The notes under the pieces were generated by a model that was given only the letters and a program-made list of their open reading frames with translations, was not told the DNA's origin and did not search any database. Of a stretch of DNA of 64,000 bases, positions 30,263 through 40,489 are shown in pieces. Where the stretch lies: positions 9,216 through 73,215 of the forward strand of contig CANQWG010000001.1 of NCBI GenBank assembly GCA_947627505.1, read 5' to 3'. Both the position numbers and the translations under genes were made by a program. The first letter of the stretch is position 1. Every line of letters begins with the position of its first letter. Source of the stretch: an uncultured Bacilli bacterium. Lineage in GTDB: Bacteria; Bacillota_I; Bacilli_A; RFN20; CAG-449.

Positions 30263-31558
30263 ATGTATCGTATTGCTATTGAAAAATTGTTGAAATGGAA
30301 AGAGAGTAAGCATCGGAAACCATTAATTATTGAAGGAGCCCGGCAAGTTGGAAAAACTTGGCTGATGAAAGAATTTGGAAAACAAGCATATGGTGATGTA
30401 GCATATATTAATTTTGACTCCAATTCGAGAATGGCAGAGTTATTTGCGTCCGATTTGAATGTTGAGCGTTTGATTATGGGACTAGAAATTTACATTGGTC
30501 GGAAAATAGATTCAAAAAATACACTTATAATTTTTGATGAAATACAGGAAGTTCCAAGAGCCTTAGCATCGTTAAAATATTTTTATGAGAATGCACCTCA
30601 ATATCATATTGTTTGTGCTGGATCTTTGCTAGGTATTGCCTTGCATCACGGCACTTCTTTTCCGGTTGGTAAAGTAGATTTTTTAAAACTAAATCCTCTT
30701 TCTTTTCAAGAATTTTTAATGGCAATAGGCAAACAGCAATTTGCGGAACTATTAATCAAGCATGATTATGATATGGTTACAAAGTTTAAGCAAATTTATA
30801 TTGATGCGTTAAAACAATATTATTTTGTTGGTGGAATGCCTGAAGCAGTACAAAGTTTTACTGAAAGCGCTGATTTTAATGAAGTTCGAAAAATACAAAA
30901 AAATATTTTGACTGCTTACGAACAAGATTTTTCAAAACATGCACCTCATGAGATTGTTCCAAAACTTCGTATGATATGGAACAATATTCCATCACAACTT
31001 GCAAAAGAAAACAAAAAGTTTATCTATGGTCTCATTCGAGAAGGAGCACGAGCAAAGGAATATGAAACAGCGATTATGTGGCTAACTGATTGCGGATTAG
31101 TTCATAAAATCAGTCGTGTAAATTCTATTGGACTACCTTTAAAAGCATACGAAGACATAAAAGCATTTAAATTGTTTTTGGTAGATGTGGGGTTACTTAG
31201 TTGTATGACAGGATTACAGCAAGGCACTTTGCTTGATGGAAATAATCTTTTCACCGAATTTAAAGGAGCTCTTACAGAACAGTATGTTTGCCAACAATTA
31301 AAAACACTAGAAGATATTGGTATATACTATTACACCAATGACAGAGGCTCTTGTGAAATTGATTTTATTCTAGATGGAGGAAAACGCATTATTCCTGTAG
31401 AAGTAAAGGCAGAAATTAACCTCAAATCCAAAAGCTTGAAAACTTACAAAGATAAATTTAATCCTGAAATTTCTTTACGCACTTCAATGGCAAACTATAA
31501 ACAAGAAGAATGGCTTTTAAATCTTCCATTATACGCAATAGAACAAATTGAAATATAA
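30263..31558 (+). CDS. AAA-family ATPase with a DUF4143 C-terminal domain
   Basis: N-terminus KLLKWKESKHRKPLIIEGARQVGKTWLMKEFG; 431 aa. Confidence 0.7.
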   Translation: MYRIAIEKLLKWKESKHRKPLIIEGARQVGKTWLMKEFGKQAYGDVAYINFDSNSRMAELFASDLNVERLIMGLEIYIGRKIDSKNTLIIFDEIQEVPRALASLKYFYENAPQYHIVCAGSLLGIALHHGTSFPVGKVDFLKLNPLSFQEFLMAIGKQQFAELLIKHDYDMVTKFKQIYIDALKQYYFVGGMPEAVQSFTESADFNEVRKIQKNILTAYEQDFSKHAPHEIVPKLRMIWNNIPSQLAKENKKFIYGLIREGARAKEYETAIMWLTDCGLVHKISRVNSIGLPLKAYEDIKAFKLFLVDVGLLSCMTGLQQGTLLDGNNLFTEFKGALTEQYVCQQLKTLEDIGIYYYTNDRGSCEIDFILDGGKRIIPVEVKAEINLKSKSLKTYKDKFNPEISLRTSMANYKQEEWLLNLPLYAIEQIEI

Positions 31559-31589
31559 AAAGATAAAAATTTTCAAGAGGTGACCATAA

Positions 31590-32342
31590 ATGAAAATTGA
31601 GCAATTCGAAACAATTGTGCCTGCTCCATCGGGTAAACAAAAAAGAAAAGTGTATGTTTATTTACCACAAAAATATGATGGTAAAAAAAGATTTCCGGTT
31701 CTTTATATGTTTGATGGACAAACGGTCTTCTTTGATAAAACAGCTCCTTACGGCGATAGTTGGCGAATGGGAGAAACTTTAGATCGACTTAAGGGTGAAC
31801 TTATAGTCGCGGCAGTTGAATGTGACAAAAAGGAACGCCTAAGCGAATATTCTCCGTTCCCGTTTGATTGTGAAGGATATCATTCTGATGGTAAAGGTGA
31901 ACAATATCTTCAGTGGTTGGTAAATGATTTTAAACCAATGATCGATAAAAAATATTGTACTTTATCCGATAGAGCGAATACTTTCATTGCCGGAAGTTCA
32001 ATGGGAGGATTGATGACAGTCTTTGCATTGTGCCGCTTCCCTACAATATTTATAGGTGGAGCTTCCCTTTCACCGAGTTTTTGGGTTGATGAACAAGCTT
32101 CGTTAAATATGATTAAGTCGATAGAATCGTGGGTAGATAATACACTTTATCTTGATATGGGTGAGTTGGAACTTGCTCAACTTGGTGGTAAAGTCCAAAG
32201 TGCGCTTGAATCATGTCTTGCAGCATTACGGGAAACAAACATAAAGTTAACTTATAAATTAATTCCGGGTGGAAAACACAATGAAAAGAGTTGGCGTAAG
32301 CAAGTGCCGTCTTTTTTACGCGTCTTAGGTCTTATTAAATAA
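31590..32342 (+). CDS. Alpha/beta-hydrolase esterase (putative esterase family)
   Basis: GxSxG motif FIAGSSMGG. Confidence 0.6.
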   Translation: MKIEQFETIVPAPSGKQKRKVYVYLPQKYDGKKRFPVLYMFDGQTVFFDKTAPYGDSWRMGETLDRLKGELIVAAVECDKKERLSEYSPFPFDCEGYHSDGKGEQYLQWLVNDFKPMIDKKYCTLSDRANTFIAGSSMGGLMTVFALCRFPTIFIGGASLSPSFWVDEQASLNMIKSIESWVDNTLYLDMGELELAQLGGKVQSALESCLAALRETNIKLTYKLIPGGKHNEKSWRKQVPSFLRVLGLIK

Positions 32343-32385
32343 TATTTATGCTGATTAATAGAATTGGAAAAATCTTGATAAGATT

Positions 32386-33684
32386 TTATTTTTTATCATG
32401 CTCTCCGGGATTATAAATTACTTTGCCGTTTAAATCATACTTACTCCCATGACATGGGCATTCATAGCATTGTTCTTTATCATTAAAATACAGAGCACAA
32501 CCTAAATGAGTGCATCGTTTTTTGAATTTAAGAAGATTAAGTGTCGCAGTTTTAATATTTTGAAGTAATTTTAAAAGAGGTGTTTTTCTTTTAGGCGAAA
32601 AAAGTTTAGCATACTGATTAGATTTATTAAATATATCGTCTTTAATGATTAAGGCACTAATCATTGAACCGGTCATTCCCCAAAGATTGAAACCGGTCGC
32701 TACATAAACATTTTGAAAATGACCATATTTACCGATATAGGGTAATCCATCAGCGCTACAAGTGTCTTGATTAATCCATTGACAAGAAGGAGTAGGAAGA
32801 TTATTTTCTTTTAAGTATTTTTCAAGTGGTGCATAACCATCGCTAGGGTGACCTGTTTTTTGATCGTTTCCACCTAAAAGCAATAACTCATGATAATTTC
32901 TAAAGTAAAGATCTGATGAATTTTCTCCGATTGCACTAGGATATTTTTTTGAGGTTTCAATAGCCATCACATACGATTTAGATTGAGTGAGTTTCGTAAA
33001 AAAGAGACCTCTGAATCTTAAGAATGGATATCCGGTACAAACGATTATATGTCGTGCGTAAATTTTATTTTTAGGAGTATAAGCGATGCCATTATTTAAT
33101 TTTATAATTGGCGTATGTTCATAAATTTCTAATCCTTCAATGAGATTTTGAATAAGCATTAAAGGATGAAATTGACATTGATGGGGAAATTCAATAGCTG
33201 AAAATTGCGAGTTGTTCCATGTATCGTGAGCCTTAAATTCGCAATTGATTTTTTTTAAAGTGTTTTGTTCATTTAAATATTTTTGTTTATCACTAAAGTA
33301 TTTGAAAGTTGAAACTTCTTGATAGTCAAAATCATAGTGGTTAGATAACTTTTGATATTCTTCAATCGCAAGTTGATTGATTTCATAAAACTGTTGTGCG
33401 ACTTTTAAACCGAAATGTTTTTCAATGTCACTATAATAGAGGTCTTGCAAAGACGTAGCGACTGCGGTTGTTTTATGGGTCCGTTGTTGAGATAGGCGAT
33501 CTTTTTCAACTAAAATGACTTTTTTTCCGGTTTGTGCAAGCATATGAGCACAAAGGATCCCACAGATCCCGCCACCGATAACTAAAACATCGGCACTTAA
33601 ATTTGAATCTAGACGAGGAAATTCTTTTAATGTTACGTTATCCCAAATAGTTTTCATGTTAATCACTATATTTAGAGTTAACAA
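32386..33684 (-). CDS. FAD-dependent oxidoreductase with a C-terminal Rieske [2Fe-2S] domain
   Basis: N-terminal dinucleotide fold VLVIGGGICGILCAH…VILVEKD. Rieske motif CTHLGC…CPCHGS. Confidence 0.65.
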   Translation of the reverse strand: MLTLNIVINMKTIWDNVTLKEFPRLDSNLSADVLVIGGGICGILCAHMLAQTGKKVILVEKDRLSQQRTHKTTAVATSLQDLYYSDIEKHFGLKVAQQFYEINQLAIEEYQKLSNHYDFDYQEVSTFKYFSDKQKYLNEQNTLKKINCEFKAHDTWNNSQFSAIEFPHQCQFHPLMLIQNLIEGLEIYEHTPIIKLNNGIAYTPKNKIYARHIIVCTGYPFLRFRGLFFTKLTQSKSYVMAIETSKKYPSAIGENSSDLYFRNYHELLLLGGNDQKTGHPSDGYAPLEKYLKENNLPTPSCQWINQDTCSADGLPYIGKYGHFQNVYVATGFNLWGMTGSMISALIIKDDIFNKSNQYAKLFSPKRKTPLLKLLQNIKTATLNLLKFKKRCTHLGCALYFNDKEQCYECPCHGSKYDLNGKVIYNPGEHDKK

Positions 33685-33718
33685 ATGAAAAATAATTATT
33701 CAAAAGATTGAATCGAAG

Positions 33719-34048
33719 TTATTTTTTATTTTGTCCTTCTTCGTTAATTCCGACCACATTGGTAACCGGAATCGAAAATGCGATACCTTGTCCGGGTGTT
33801 TTTAATCCGACGGCTTGATACAACGAATGTAAAATATCATCTTTTATTTTAGAGGGGACTAAAATCATGACGATTTCTTTTTCCGGTTGAATGCTGATGT
33901 TGAATAATTTTTGAGCTTCTTGCGCTGCGGTACCTCGAGCGTGAATTACTGTGCCGCCTGAAGCTCCGTGTTCTCTTGCGGCATCCATGACGGCATCAGA
34001 GAAGCCGGCGTTAACGATGCAAAGTATGGTTTCGTATTTAGTTTCCAT
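33719..34048 (-). CDS. P-II-like (GlnB-fold) small regulatory protein
   Basis: 109 aa with a GlnB-like fold signature. Paired with a second P-II-like gene and a DUF1538 membrane protein, an arrangement I recall as conserved. Confidence 0.55.
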   Translation of the reverse strand: METKYETILCIVNAGFSDAVMDAAREHGASGGTVIHARGTAAQEAQKLFNISIQPEKEIVMILVPSKIKDDILHSLYQAVGLKTPGQGIAFSIPVTNVVGINEEGQNKK

Positions 34049-34051
34049 TAT

Positions 34052-34471
34052 TTATTCCTCCGTGGTGGTTTGATTGTTGCTTAAAAATTGATAGATTAAA
34101 ACTCCAATAACGCTATTCAATGGAACCGAGTAAGCGATGCCTTTTCCGTTTCTCGTGTTTTCAAAGCGGAGCGCTAAAGCATTTAAACAATTAGAAAGAT
34201 TTTTTTCGCTGATCAAACTAAAGATAATCGCTTTTTCAGAGTTACCGAGACCAAGAAATTTTTTTACTTCGCTAGGCGCGGTTCCACTTCCGTAAATGAT
34301 GGTTTGAAAATTGGCTTTAAATCCTTCAATAAGATCGATAAAAAAATCAGACTTTGAGCGATTTACTATCGTAATCAACATCACAAGTTTACTAGGTGCT
34401 TTAAGTCCATTAGGGCTTTCTTTTTGTGACTTTTCACGATGAATCGGTAAATGGGGTCGTTTAATTTCCAT
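34052..34471 (-). CDS. P-II-like small regulatory protein (second copy)
   Basis: Paralogue of 33719-34048 in the same operon. Confidence 0.5.
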   Translation of the reverse strand: MEIKRPHLPIHREKSQKESPNGLKAPSKLVMLITIVNRSKSDFFIDLIEGFKANFQTIIYGSGTAPSEVKKFLGLGNSEKAIIFSLISEKNLSNCLNALALRFENTRNGKGIAYSVPLNSVIGVLIYQFLSNNQTTTEE

Positions 34472-34482
34472 AGTTTTTCACC

Positions 34483-36009
34483 TCAATCAAAATAGATAAT
34501 TTGTTCATCGTCGCTTGCTAAGATTTGCTTCATCCGTTGTTTTTCGTGAATTCGCGACAGCATGATGGCTTTAAAGCCTAATGTTTGAATCGAAATCAGG
34601 GGTGTCATCGCCACCATTGCGATAATACCAAAAGCATCGGTCAAAACATTGGCTTCTCCTTGAATAGTCAAACATACACCGATTGCAAAAGGCAATATGA
34701 AACTTGAAGTCAAAGGTCCGGAGGCGACACCACCGGAATCAAAAGCGATCGCGGTGTAAAGTTTCGGAACAAAAAACGATAATCCAAGAGAAATGAAATA
34801 TCCGGGAATTATAAAGTAAAGAATTGAAAAATCGTAGACAATTCTTATCATCGACAATCCGATAGAAACTCCAACACCGATAGAAAGAGCGATAAGCATG
34901 GAACGTTTAGTGACACCGCCATTGGTGATTTCTTCCACTTGCTTGGTTAAAACGTGAATGGCAGGTTCTGCTAAAACGACTACTAAACCTAGAATAAAAC
35001 CGAACAAAATTACTAGTTGGTTATTATCTGCTGCGATTTGTTGTCCCATTTTAAAACCGATCGGTAAAAATCCGACGGTCGCAGCAGTGAGAAATAATAC
35101 CAAACCGACAAAAGTATAGATTATTCCAATGAATATTTGGATTAATTTCTTTCGTGGTAACTTTAAATAAATGCATTGAATGATTATAAAAAAGATGACT
35201 ATCAAAGATAACGATACCCCAACTTCTTTCATTGTAGATAAAGATGTTTCTAAAAAGCTTAGTGCAATATTATCGGCAATGCCATAATTAGGAACACTAT
35301 ATGTAAGAGTTCCATTTGTGAAAAGACCGAGAATTAAAATGGCTAAAATCGGCCCAACAGAGCAAAGTGAAATCAAGCCGAAACTATTTTCTGAAGCATG
35401 GCGTCCGCCGATTGTCGCGGCAATTCCAATGCCTAATGTCATGATAAATGGAACGGTGATAGGTCCTGTTGTAACGCCACCTGAATCAAATGATAGGGCA
35501 ATTAAATTTCCTTTGCCGTTAATAACTATTAATGAAACCAAAGCAAAAAGAATCATATAAAAAAACATCAATAAGGTGGAGAGATCTTTTTTAAAAATGA
35601 TTTTAGTTACTGCAATAACTAAGAAAATGCCAACTCCGATTCCAATCGAAGCGATTAAAAGAGAACTATTGATGACATCTTGCACTTGCATTGCTAGCAC
35701 TGATAAATCTGGCTCCGCAATGGTTATCAATATTCCGATAATTAAACATACTGGAAGAATAATCGACAATTTTTTTGTTTTCATTAACGAAGAACCGATT
35801 TGTTCTCCGATTGGTTGCATAGCAATATCGGCCCCTAAGTTAAATAATGCAATACCTAAAATTAAAAATATAACTGAAATACAAAAAACAATAACTTCTT
35901 GATCGGTTAAATTAATTAATGGAGTAAATTGTAAAATGACTACAATAAAAGATATCGGTAACACTGAAAAAAGAGCTTCTTTTATTTTAATAAATAAAGA
36001 ATTTTTCAT
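34483..36009 (-). CDS. DUF1538-family polytopic membrane protein (putative transporter)
   Basis: 508 aa, very hydrophobic, with internally duplicated halves. Operonic with the two P-II-like genes. Confidence 0.55.
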   Translation of the reverse strand: MKNSLFIKIKEALFSVLPISFIVVILQFTPLINLTDQEVIVFCISVIFLILGIALFNLGADIAMQPIGEQIGSSLMKTKKLSIILPVCLIIGILITIAEPDLSVLAMQVQDVINSSLLIASIGIGVGIFLVIAVTKIIFKKDLSTLLMFFYMILFALVSLIVINGKGNLIALSFDSGGVTTGPITVPFIMTLGIGIAATIGGRHASENSFGLISLCSVGPILAILILGLFTNGTLTYSVPNYGIADNIALSFLETSLSTMKEVGVSLSLIVIFFIIIQCIYLKLPRKKLIQIFIGIIYTFVGLVLFLTAATVGFLPIGFKMGQQIAADNNQLVILFGFILGLVVVLAEPAIHVLTKQVEEITNGGVTKRSMLIALSIGVGVSIGLSMIRIVYDFSILYFIIPGYFISLGLSFFVPKLYTAIAFDSGGVASGPLTSSFILPFAIGVCLTIQGEANVLTDAFGIIAMVAMTPLISIQTLGFKAIMLSRIHEKQRMKQILASDDEQIIYFD

Positions 36010-36155
36010 CGTATTACCTCCTTTTACTAAACCATTGTCTATTATAGCAAAAGTGGATATCTCTTTTAATAAAAAATATCAAACAAGGATTTATTTATAC
36101 GTTAACATTGAAAAATTAAAAGTGATAAGTTAAAATCTTTTTGCTTAGATATTTT

Positions 36156-36232
<77 letters not shown>

Positions 36233-36258
36233 GTTTAAATTATTAAATAGTCAATTTT

Positions 36259-36335
36259 GTCCCAGTAGCTCAGCTGGATAGAGTACCGGTTTCCGAAGCC
36301 GTTGGTCGTAGGTTCGAATCCTATCTGGGACACCA
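36259..36335 (+). tRNA. tRNA-Arg (anticodon CCG)
   Basis: Cloverleaf: acceptor GTCCCAG/CTGGGAC, anticodon loop TTCCGAA, CCA. Confidence 0.85.
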
Positions 36336-36522
36336 ATCCCAATCTCTGGTAAATTACATAGGTTGGGATTTTTATTTATAAAAAATCTATATAAATTAAA
36401 AACACTTGTACAATTCATTGCCAAAATCTTAAGATTACCTAATTAACGTTATATTAACATTTATAATACTCGGGCTTGGAATTTTAATTTTTTTTTGTTA
36501 AAATCTATTTTGTTAAAAATAT

Positions 36523-36605
36523 GCCCTCTTGGCGGAACTGGCAGACGCGCTAGACTTAGGATCTAGTTCTCACGAGTGCGGGTTCAAATCCCGTGGAGGG
36601 CACCA
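36523..36605 (+). tRNA. tRNA-Leu (anticodon TAG), long variable arm
   Basis: Acceptor GCCCTCT/GGAGGGC, anticodon stem CTAGA/TCTAG with loop CTTAGGA, long variable arm, CCA. Confidence 0.85.
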
Positions 36606-36618
36606 TTTGTTATTAAAT

Positions 36619-36640
36619 GCCCTATTTCTAGGGTTTTTTT
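36619..36640 (+). terminator. Rho-independent terminator downstream of tRNA-Leu(TAG)
   Basis: Hairpin GCCCTATTTCTAGGGT followed by T7. Confidence 0.6.
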
Positions 36641-36890
36641 ATTCTCACGTAAAGGAATTGTAAGGGAAAATTTTAATGGTTCAAATTTTTAGATTTGTAA
36701 AATACATCTCACACTTATGTTATAGCCTTGGTGGTTTGCATTCTTTTGACATTTATTAAAAACGAATAGATTCACCTAAAAATAGGATTTTTTGAAATTC
36801 GTTTTTAATATCAAAACTATCTTAATTTGACAAAAAGACTTAACAATAATAAAATTGAATTACTAATTTTAATAAAAACTAGGAGATTTT

Positions 36891-37157
36891 ATGGATTATA
36901 TATACTATACAAAAAATACTTGTTCTAAAAGAATTCAAGTATCACTAGATGGTAATGTTGTTAGTAGCGTGAAATTTTTAGATGGTGGATGTCCTGGAAA
37001 TTTACAAGCTCTTCCTCGCTTGGTTGCCGGTATGACTGTGACTGTAGAGGAGGTTGAAAAAAAATTAAGTGGTATTAACTGTGGATATCGTGGCACTTCT
37101 TGCGCTGATCAATTATCAAAAGCGGTAAGAGAAGCATATCAAAAACTGCATTCATAA
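36891..37157 (+). CDS. TSCPD-domain small protein (TIGR03905-like, 4-Cys)
   Basis: 88 aa with GGCPGNLQAL and GYRGTSCADQL motifs. Confidence 0.5.
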   Translation: MDYIYYTKNTCSKRIQVSLDGNVVSSVKFLDGGCPGNLQALPRLVAGMTVTVEEVEKKLSGINCGYRGTSCADQLSKAVREAYQKLHS

Positions 37158-37177
37158 ATTTAAAATTTGGTGTCATT

Positions 37178-37618
37178 ATGGAAGAGTATTTAAAATTAGA
37201 AGGCCAAATTTGCTTTCCGCTTTATGTTTGTTCAAAAGAAATTATTAGAAAATATAAACCATTTCTAGAAGAATTAAATTTAACATATACCCAATATATT
37301 ACGATGTTGGTGCTTTGGGAAGTTGAAAGCATCAATGTTACAGATTTAGGTGAAAGACTTTACCTTGATTCAGGAACATTGACACCCTTGTTGAAAAAAC
37401 TTGAAACTAAAGGTTATATAACTAGAAAAAGAGGCAATGTCGATGAGCGGAATTTGATTGTGACAATCACTGAAAAAGGTTTGGCTTTAAAAGAAAAGGC
37501 AAAGCCGATTCCATGGCAACTTGCTTCTTATGTAAAACTAGAAAAGGAAGAGGTTGTTGCGTTATATAAAATTTCACGCAAATTGATGAATGCTTTGCAA
37601 GATAAAAAAAGGGACTAA
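37178..37618 (+). CDS. MarR-family regulator (OhrR-like)
   Basis: LTYTQYITMLVLWE…LTPLLKKLETKGYITRKR is a classic MarR/OhrR wing-helix. Confidence 0.7.
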   Translation: MEEYLKLEGQICFPLYVCSKEIIRKYKPFLEELNLTYTQYITMLVLWEVESINVTDLGERLYLDSGTLTPLLKKLETKGYITRKRGNVDERNLIVTITEKGLALKEKAKPIPWQLASYVKLEKEEVVALYKISRKLMNALQDKKRD

Positions 37619-37685
37619 CTTGAGTCACCTTTTTTTATAAAAGCATCTATAATAAAAAAAGCCTATTTACTAGGCGATTAATAAT

Positions 37686-37771
37686 TGGTGCCGCTGGTCG
37701 GACTCGAACCGACAAGGATGCACTCCGCTCGATTTTGAGTCGAGTTTGTTTACCAATTTCAACACAGCGGC
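37686..37771 (-). tRNA. tRNA-Leu (anticodon CAA), long variable arm
   Basis: The reverse complement gives acceptor GCCGCTG/CAGCGGC, anticodon stem CTCGA/TCGAG with loop CTCAAAA, a long variable arm and CCA. Confidence 0.85.
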
Positions 37772-37874
37772 ATTTCGCAATGAGCATTCATATTTTACCA
37801 TATTCTATTTTTAAATCAATAAAATTTCTAGGATTCTATTAGATTACTTTGATGAGGAGACGAGGTGATATAGT

Positions 37875-38813
37875 ATGAGCAAGCATCGAATTATTTTAAA
37901 AGAAATCGCTGAAGAAGTAAACTATTCCATTAACACCGTTTCAAGAGCGCTTCGCGATTGTGTCGACATTAGCGATCGAACTAAAAAGATCATTCGCGAA
38001 AAAGCAATCGAATTAGGATATTACATTGAAAAAAAACCACTTTATACGCGTATAAAGAATCGTCCGCTTATCGCCTTTGTTTATAATAATTTTTTCGATT
38101 ATTATTTTATCAAAATGTCAGATATAATACTTAAATATTTTGAAGATAAATATGAGTCGGTATTTATCTTTAGGCAAATCAAGAAAGAAAAAATCGGTTT
38201 GGATGATTTGAAATTTTTAATGGATAATGATGTAGAAATCATCATATCTTATATTAATTTTGAAAAAGATGTTTTGAATTTTGTTGAATTATATGGTCTT
38301 ACAGTGGTGCTAATCGGTTTTAATTCGCGCTTTTTAAAATGTAATTGTGCTTATTGTGACGAAAGGAAAAAAATAAATTTGGCAGTCGACTATTTCCTAA
38401 AACAACGTATTCACAAAGTGTATTATATTTTGGATTCTGATCTTTTGAAAGCAAAAGAAATGAAAGATCTATTTAATAAAAAATATTTAAAAAAAACTTT
38501 GGGAACAAGTGTGGAATATATTGATCTTAATCATTTTGAAGATCAACTTAATGAAAACACACTGCATTCTAAAGATGGCTTTTTATGTTCAAGTAGCGTT
38601 AGTGTTGAAAAAATAAAAAAATTGAAAAGTATAAAAAATAATCTTATCTTTATTATAAACGATAATTTTGAATGTGCGGATTTTAATGTAGTTAGTGTTA
38701 CTTTAAATTATGAAGAAGTTGCAGAAGAAATATGCAATATTGTGTATAAACTTTTAGAAGGTAAAAAAGATATTTATCATAAAATAATATATGATGTTTA
38801 TATAAAAGAATAA
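37875..38813 (+). CDS. LacI-like transcriptional regulator
   Basis: N-terminal HTH IILKEIAEEVNYSINTVSRALRD. The C-terminal domain is divergent. Confidence 0.55.
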   Translation: MSKHRIILKEIAEEVNYSINTVSRALRDCVDISDRTKKIIREKAIELGYYIEKKPLYTRIKNRPLIAFVYNNFFDYYFIKMSDIILKYFEDKYESVFIFRQIKKEKIGLDDLKFLMDNDVEIIISYINFEKDVLNFVELYGLTVVLIGFNSRFLKCNCAYCDERKKINLAVDYFLKQRIHKVYYILDSDLLKAKEMKDLFNKKYLKKTLGTSVEYIDLNHFEDQLNENTLHSKDGFLCSSSVSVEKIKKLKSIKNNLIFIINDNFECADFNVVSVTLNYEEVAEEICNIVYKLLEGKKDIYHKIIYDVYIKE

Positions 38814-38888
38814 GAGCGAAAAGATTTAGCAAACTAATCGAAACACTTGATTTTTCTTTTTATAAAAATTATTATAAAAAAGCCTTTT

Positions 38889-38964
38889 GCCGACATAGCT
38901 CAATTGGCAGAGCAATTGATTTGTAATCAATAGGTTGGCGGTTCGATTCCGTTTGTCGGCACCA
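38889..38964 (+). tRNA. tRNA-Thr (anticodon TGT)
   Basis: Acceptor GCCGACA/TGTCGGC, anticodon stem ATTGA/TCAAT with loop TTTGTAA, T-loop TTCGATT, CCA. Confidence 0.8.
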
Positions 38965-38976
38965 TTAAGCAACATT

Positions 38977-38999
38977 AGCCCTAGAAATAGGGCTTTTTT
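38977..38999 (+). terminator. Rho-independent terminator downstream of tRNA-Thr
   Basis: Hairpin AGCCCTAGAAATAGGGCT followed by T6. Confidence 0.6.
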
Positions 39000-39166
39000 A
39001 CTTCTATGTAAGGGAATTGTAAGAGAAAACGTAAGGTAAAAATTTTCTAATGGTGCAATTTTTAGTGTTTGTGTAATACGATTTAAGTAACAAAAAAATA
39101 AAAAAGGGATTATAAGCTTTTTTGTCTTCTTAATAATCCCTTTCATAAATATTTAACAAGTATACT

Positions 39167-40321
39167 TTATTTAAAAATTTTATCAATGAGACCAACGGTT
39201 TCGTTAGGAAATATATGTGAATAAGTATCTAAAGTTTCTTTAACAGAACTGTGCCTTAAATGCTTGCTTACAATTAAAGGAGATATACCTGCATTTATCA
39301 TTCGTGAAGCGCAACTATGTCTTAAGCCATGAAATTTTATATGCGATATATTAGCATCTTTAGCGTGCTTATCCATTATTCTTCTAATAGTTGTTCTAGA
39401 AGTGTGTTTATGACCGAAAAACATATAATCATCATCTGTGGCATACATATCTTCTTTTAGTTTTATTAAATCATTTGTTAGATCTTCGGACATAGAAACT
39501 GTTCCGTGACTACTAGCGGTTTTAGCATCATCTAAATTTCCGCTGCTATCCATGCTTTTGTTTATATTGATTGTTTTTGCTATTGGATTAAAATCACTCC
39601 ACTTAAGTGGTATAAGTTCACCAATTCTTAAACCGCAAACATATGTCGTTTTAAATAATAATCTCCAAATATCATCTTTTTCGAAAGTAGCGTAGAATTT
39701 ATCCCATTCTTCGTTGGTCCAAAAAGATAATGATTCTTTACTTGATGAAATAGATTCCCTAATAGGTTTAATCAATACTTTTAATTTTCTATATAGTTCA
39801 TAAGATATATATTCATGGTCGGATGCATATTCTAACATATTTTTTAATAGTAAGAGTATTCGATTTTTTCTTTTTGACTTAATTGTTTTAATGTTTATAA
39901 TTTTAGCTTTAAAATTTTCTATTGTATTTATCGTAAATGCTTTTTCTAACGATAAAGAAATTGAAAAGTTAGGCAAAATATATTTCTTAATCATTAAATT
40001 TTTATTGTAAGTAGTTTGTGTTTTTAGCATTGATTTGCACTCGGTTATAAATAATTTAGATAATTCATAAAGCGTTATAGAAGCTTCAGAGTGCAAATAT
40101 AATTTCCTTCTTTTTTTATCTTTTTCTATTTCTTCAGCTTCTATTGCTTGGACAAACTTTTTGCCACGTTCTTTTGTCCATTCTTTATTGTATATACTAA
40201 TTGTTTTAAACGTTCCATCTGGTAATTTTAAATTATAACATATAAAATATCTTTTTCTTGATTTGTTGTAGCAAATACTCATTGTTTTTTCCTCCTTATT
40301 TTTGTTATAATAGAGGAGCAA
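39167..40321 (-). CDS. Phage tyrosine integrase (site-specific recombinase)
   Basis: 384 aa. The C-terminal catalytic region HGLRHSCASRMINAGI…LRHSSVKETLDTYSHIF carries the R-H-R-Y signature. It sits next to tRNA-Thr. Confidence 0.85.
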   Translation of the reverse strand: MLLYYNKNKEEKTMSICYNKSRKRYFICYNLKLPDGTFKTISIYNKEWTKERGKKFVQAIEAEEIEKDKKRRKLYLHSEASITLYELSKLFITECKSMLKTQTTYNKNLMIKKYILPNFSISLSLEKAFTINTIENFKAKIINIKTIKSKRKNRILLLLKNMLEYASDHEYISYELYRKLKVLIKPIRESISSSKESLSFWTNEEWDKFYATFEKDDIWRLLFKTTYVCGLRIGELIPLKWSDFNPIAKTININKSMDSSGNLDDAKTASSHGTVSMSEDLTNDLIKLKEDMYATDDDYMFFGHKHTSRTTIRRIMDKHAKDANISHIKFHGLRHSCASRMINAGISPLIVSKHLRHSSVKETLDTYSHIFPNETVGLIDKIFK

Positions 40322-40489
40322 AAAGGGTCCTTCCTTTTTGCTTCTATTGTTGAGCCTACTTTACAAACTTTGGTCGGTTGGAAAAGTAGGTTCTTTTTTA
40401 TTGGTCGATTTTATCACGATAATTTTGTTTTGATCTCTCACCTTTGATAACATCATCTCCTTTCTAAGTTTATTTTAGTTTAAAATTTA

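Noticed and set aside
35318-36133. Plus-strand ORFs antisense to the DUF1538 gene
   Set aside because: Translations are low-complexity mirror images of a hydrophobic gene and are spurious.
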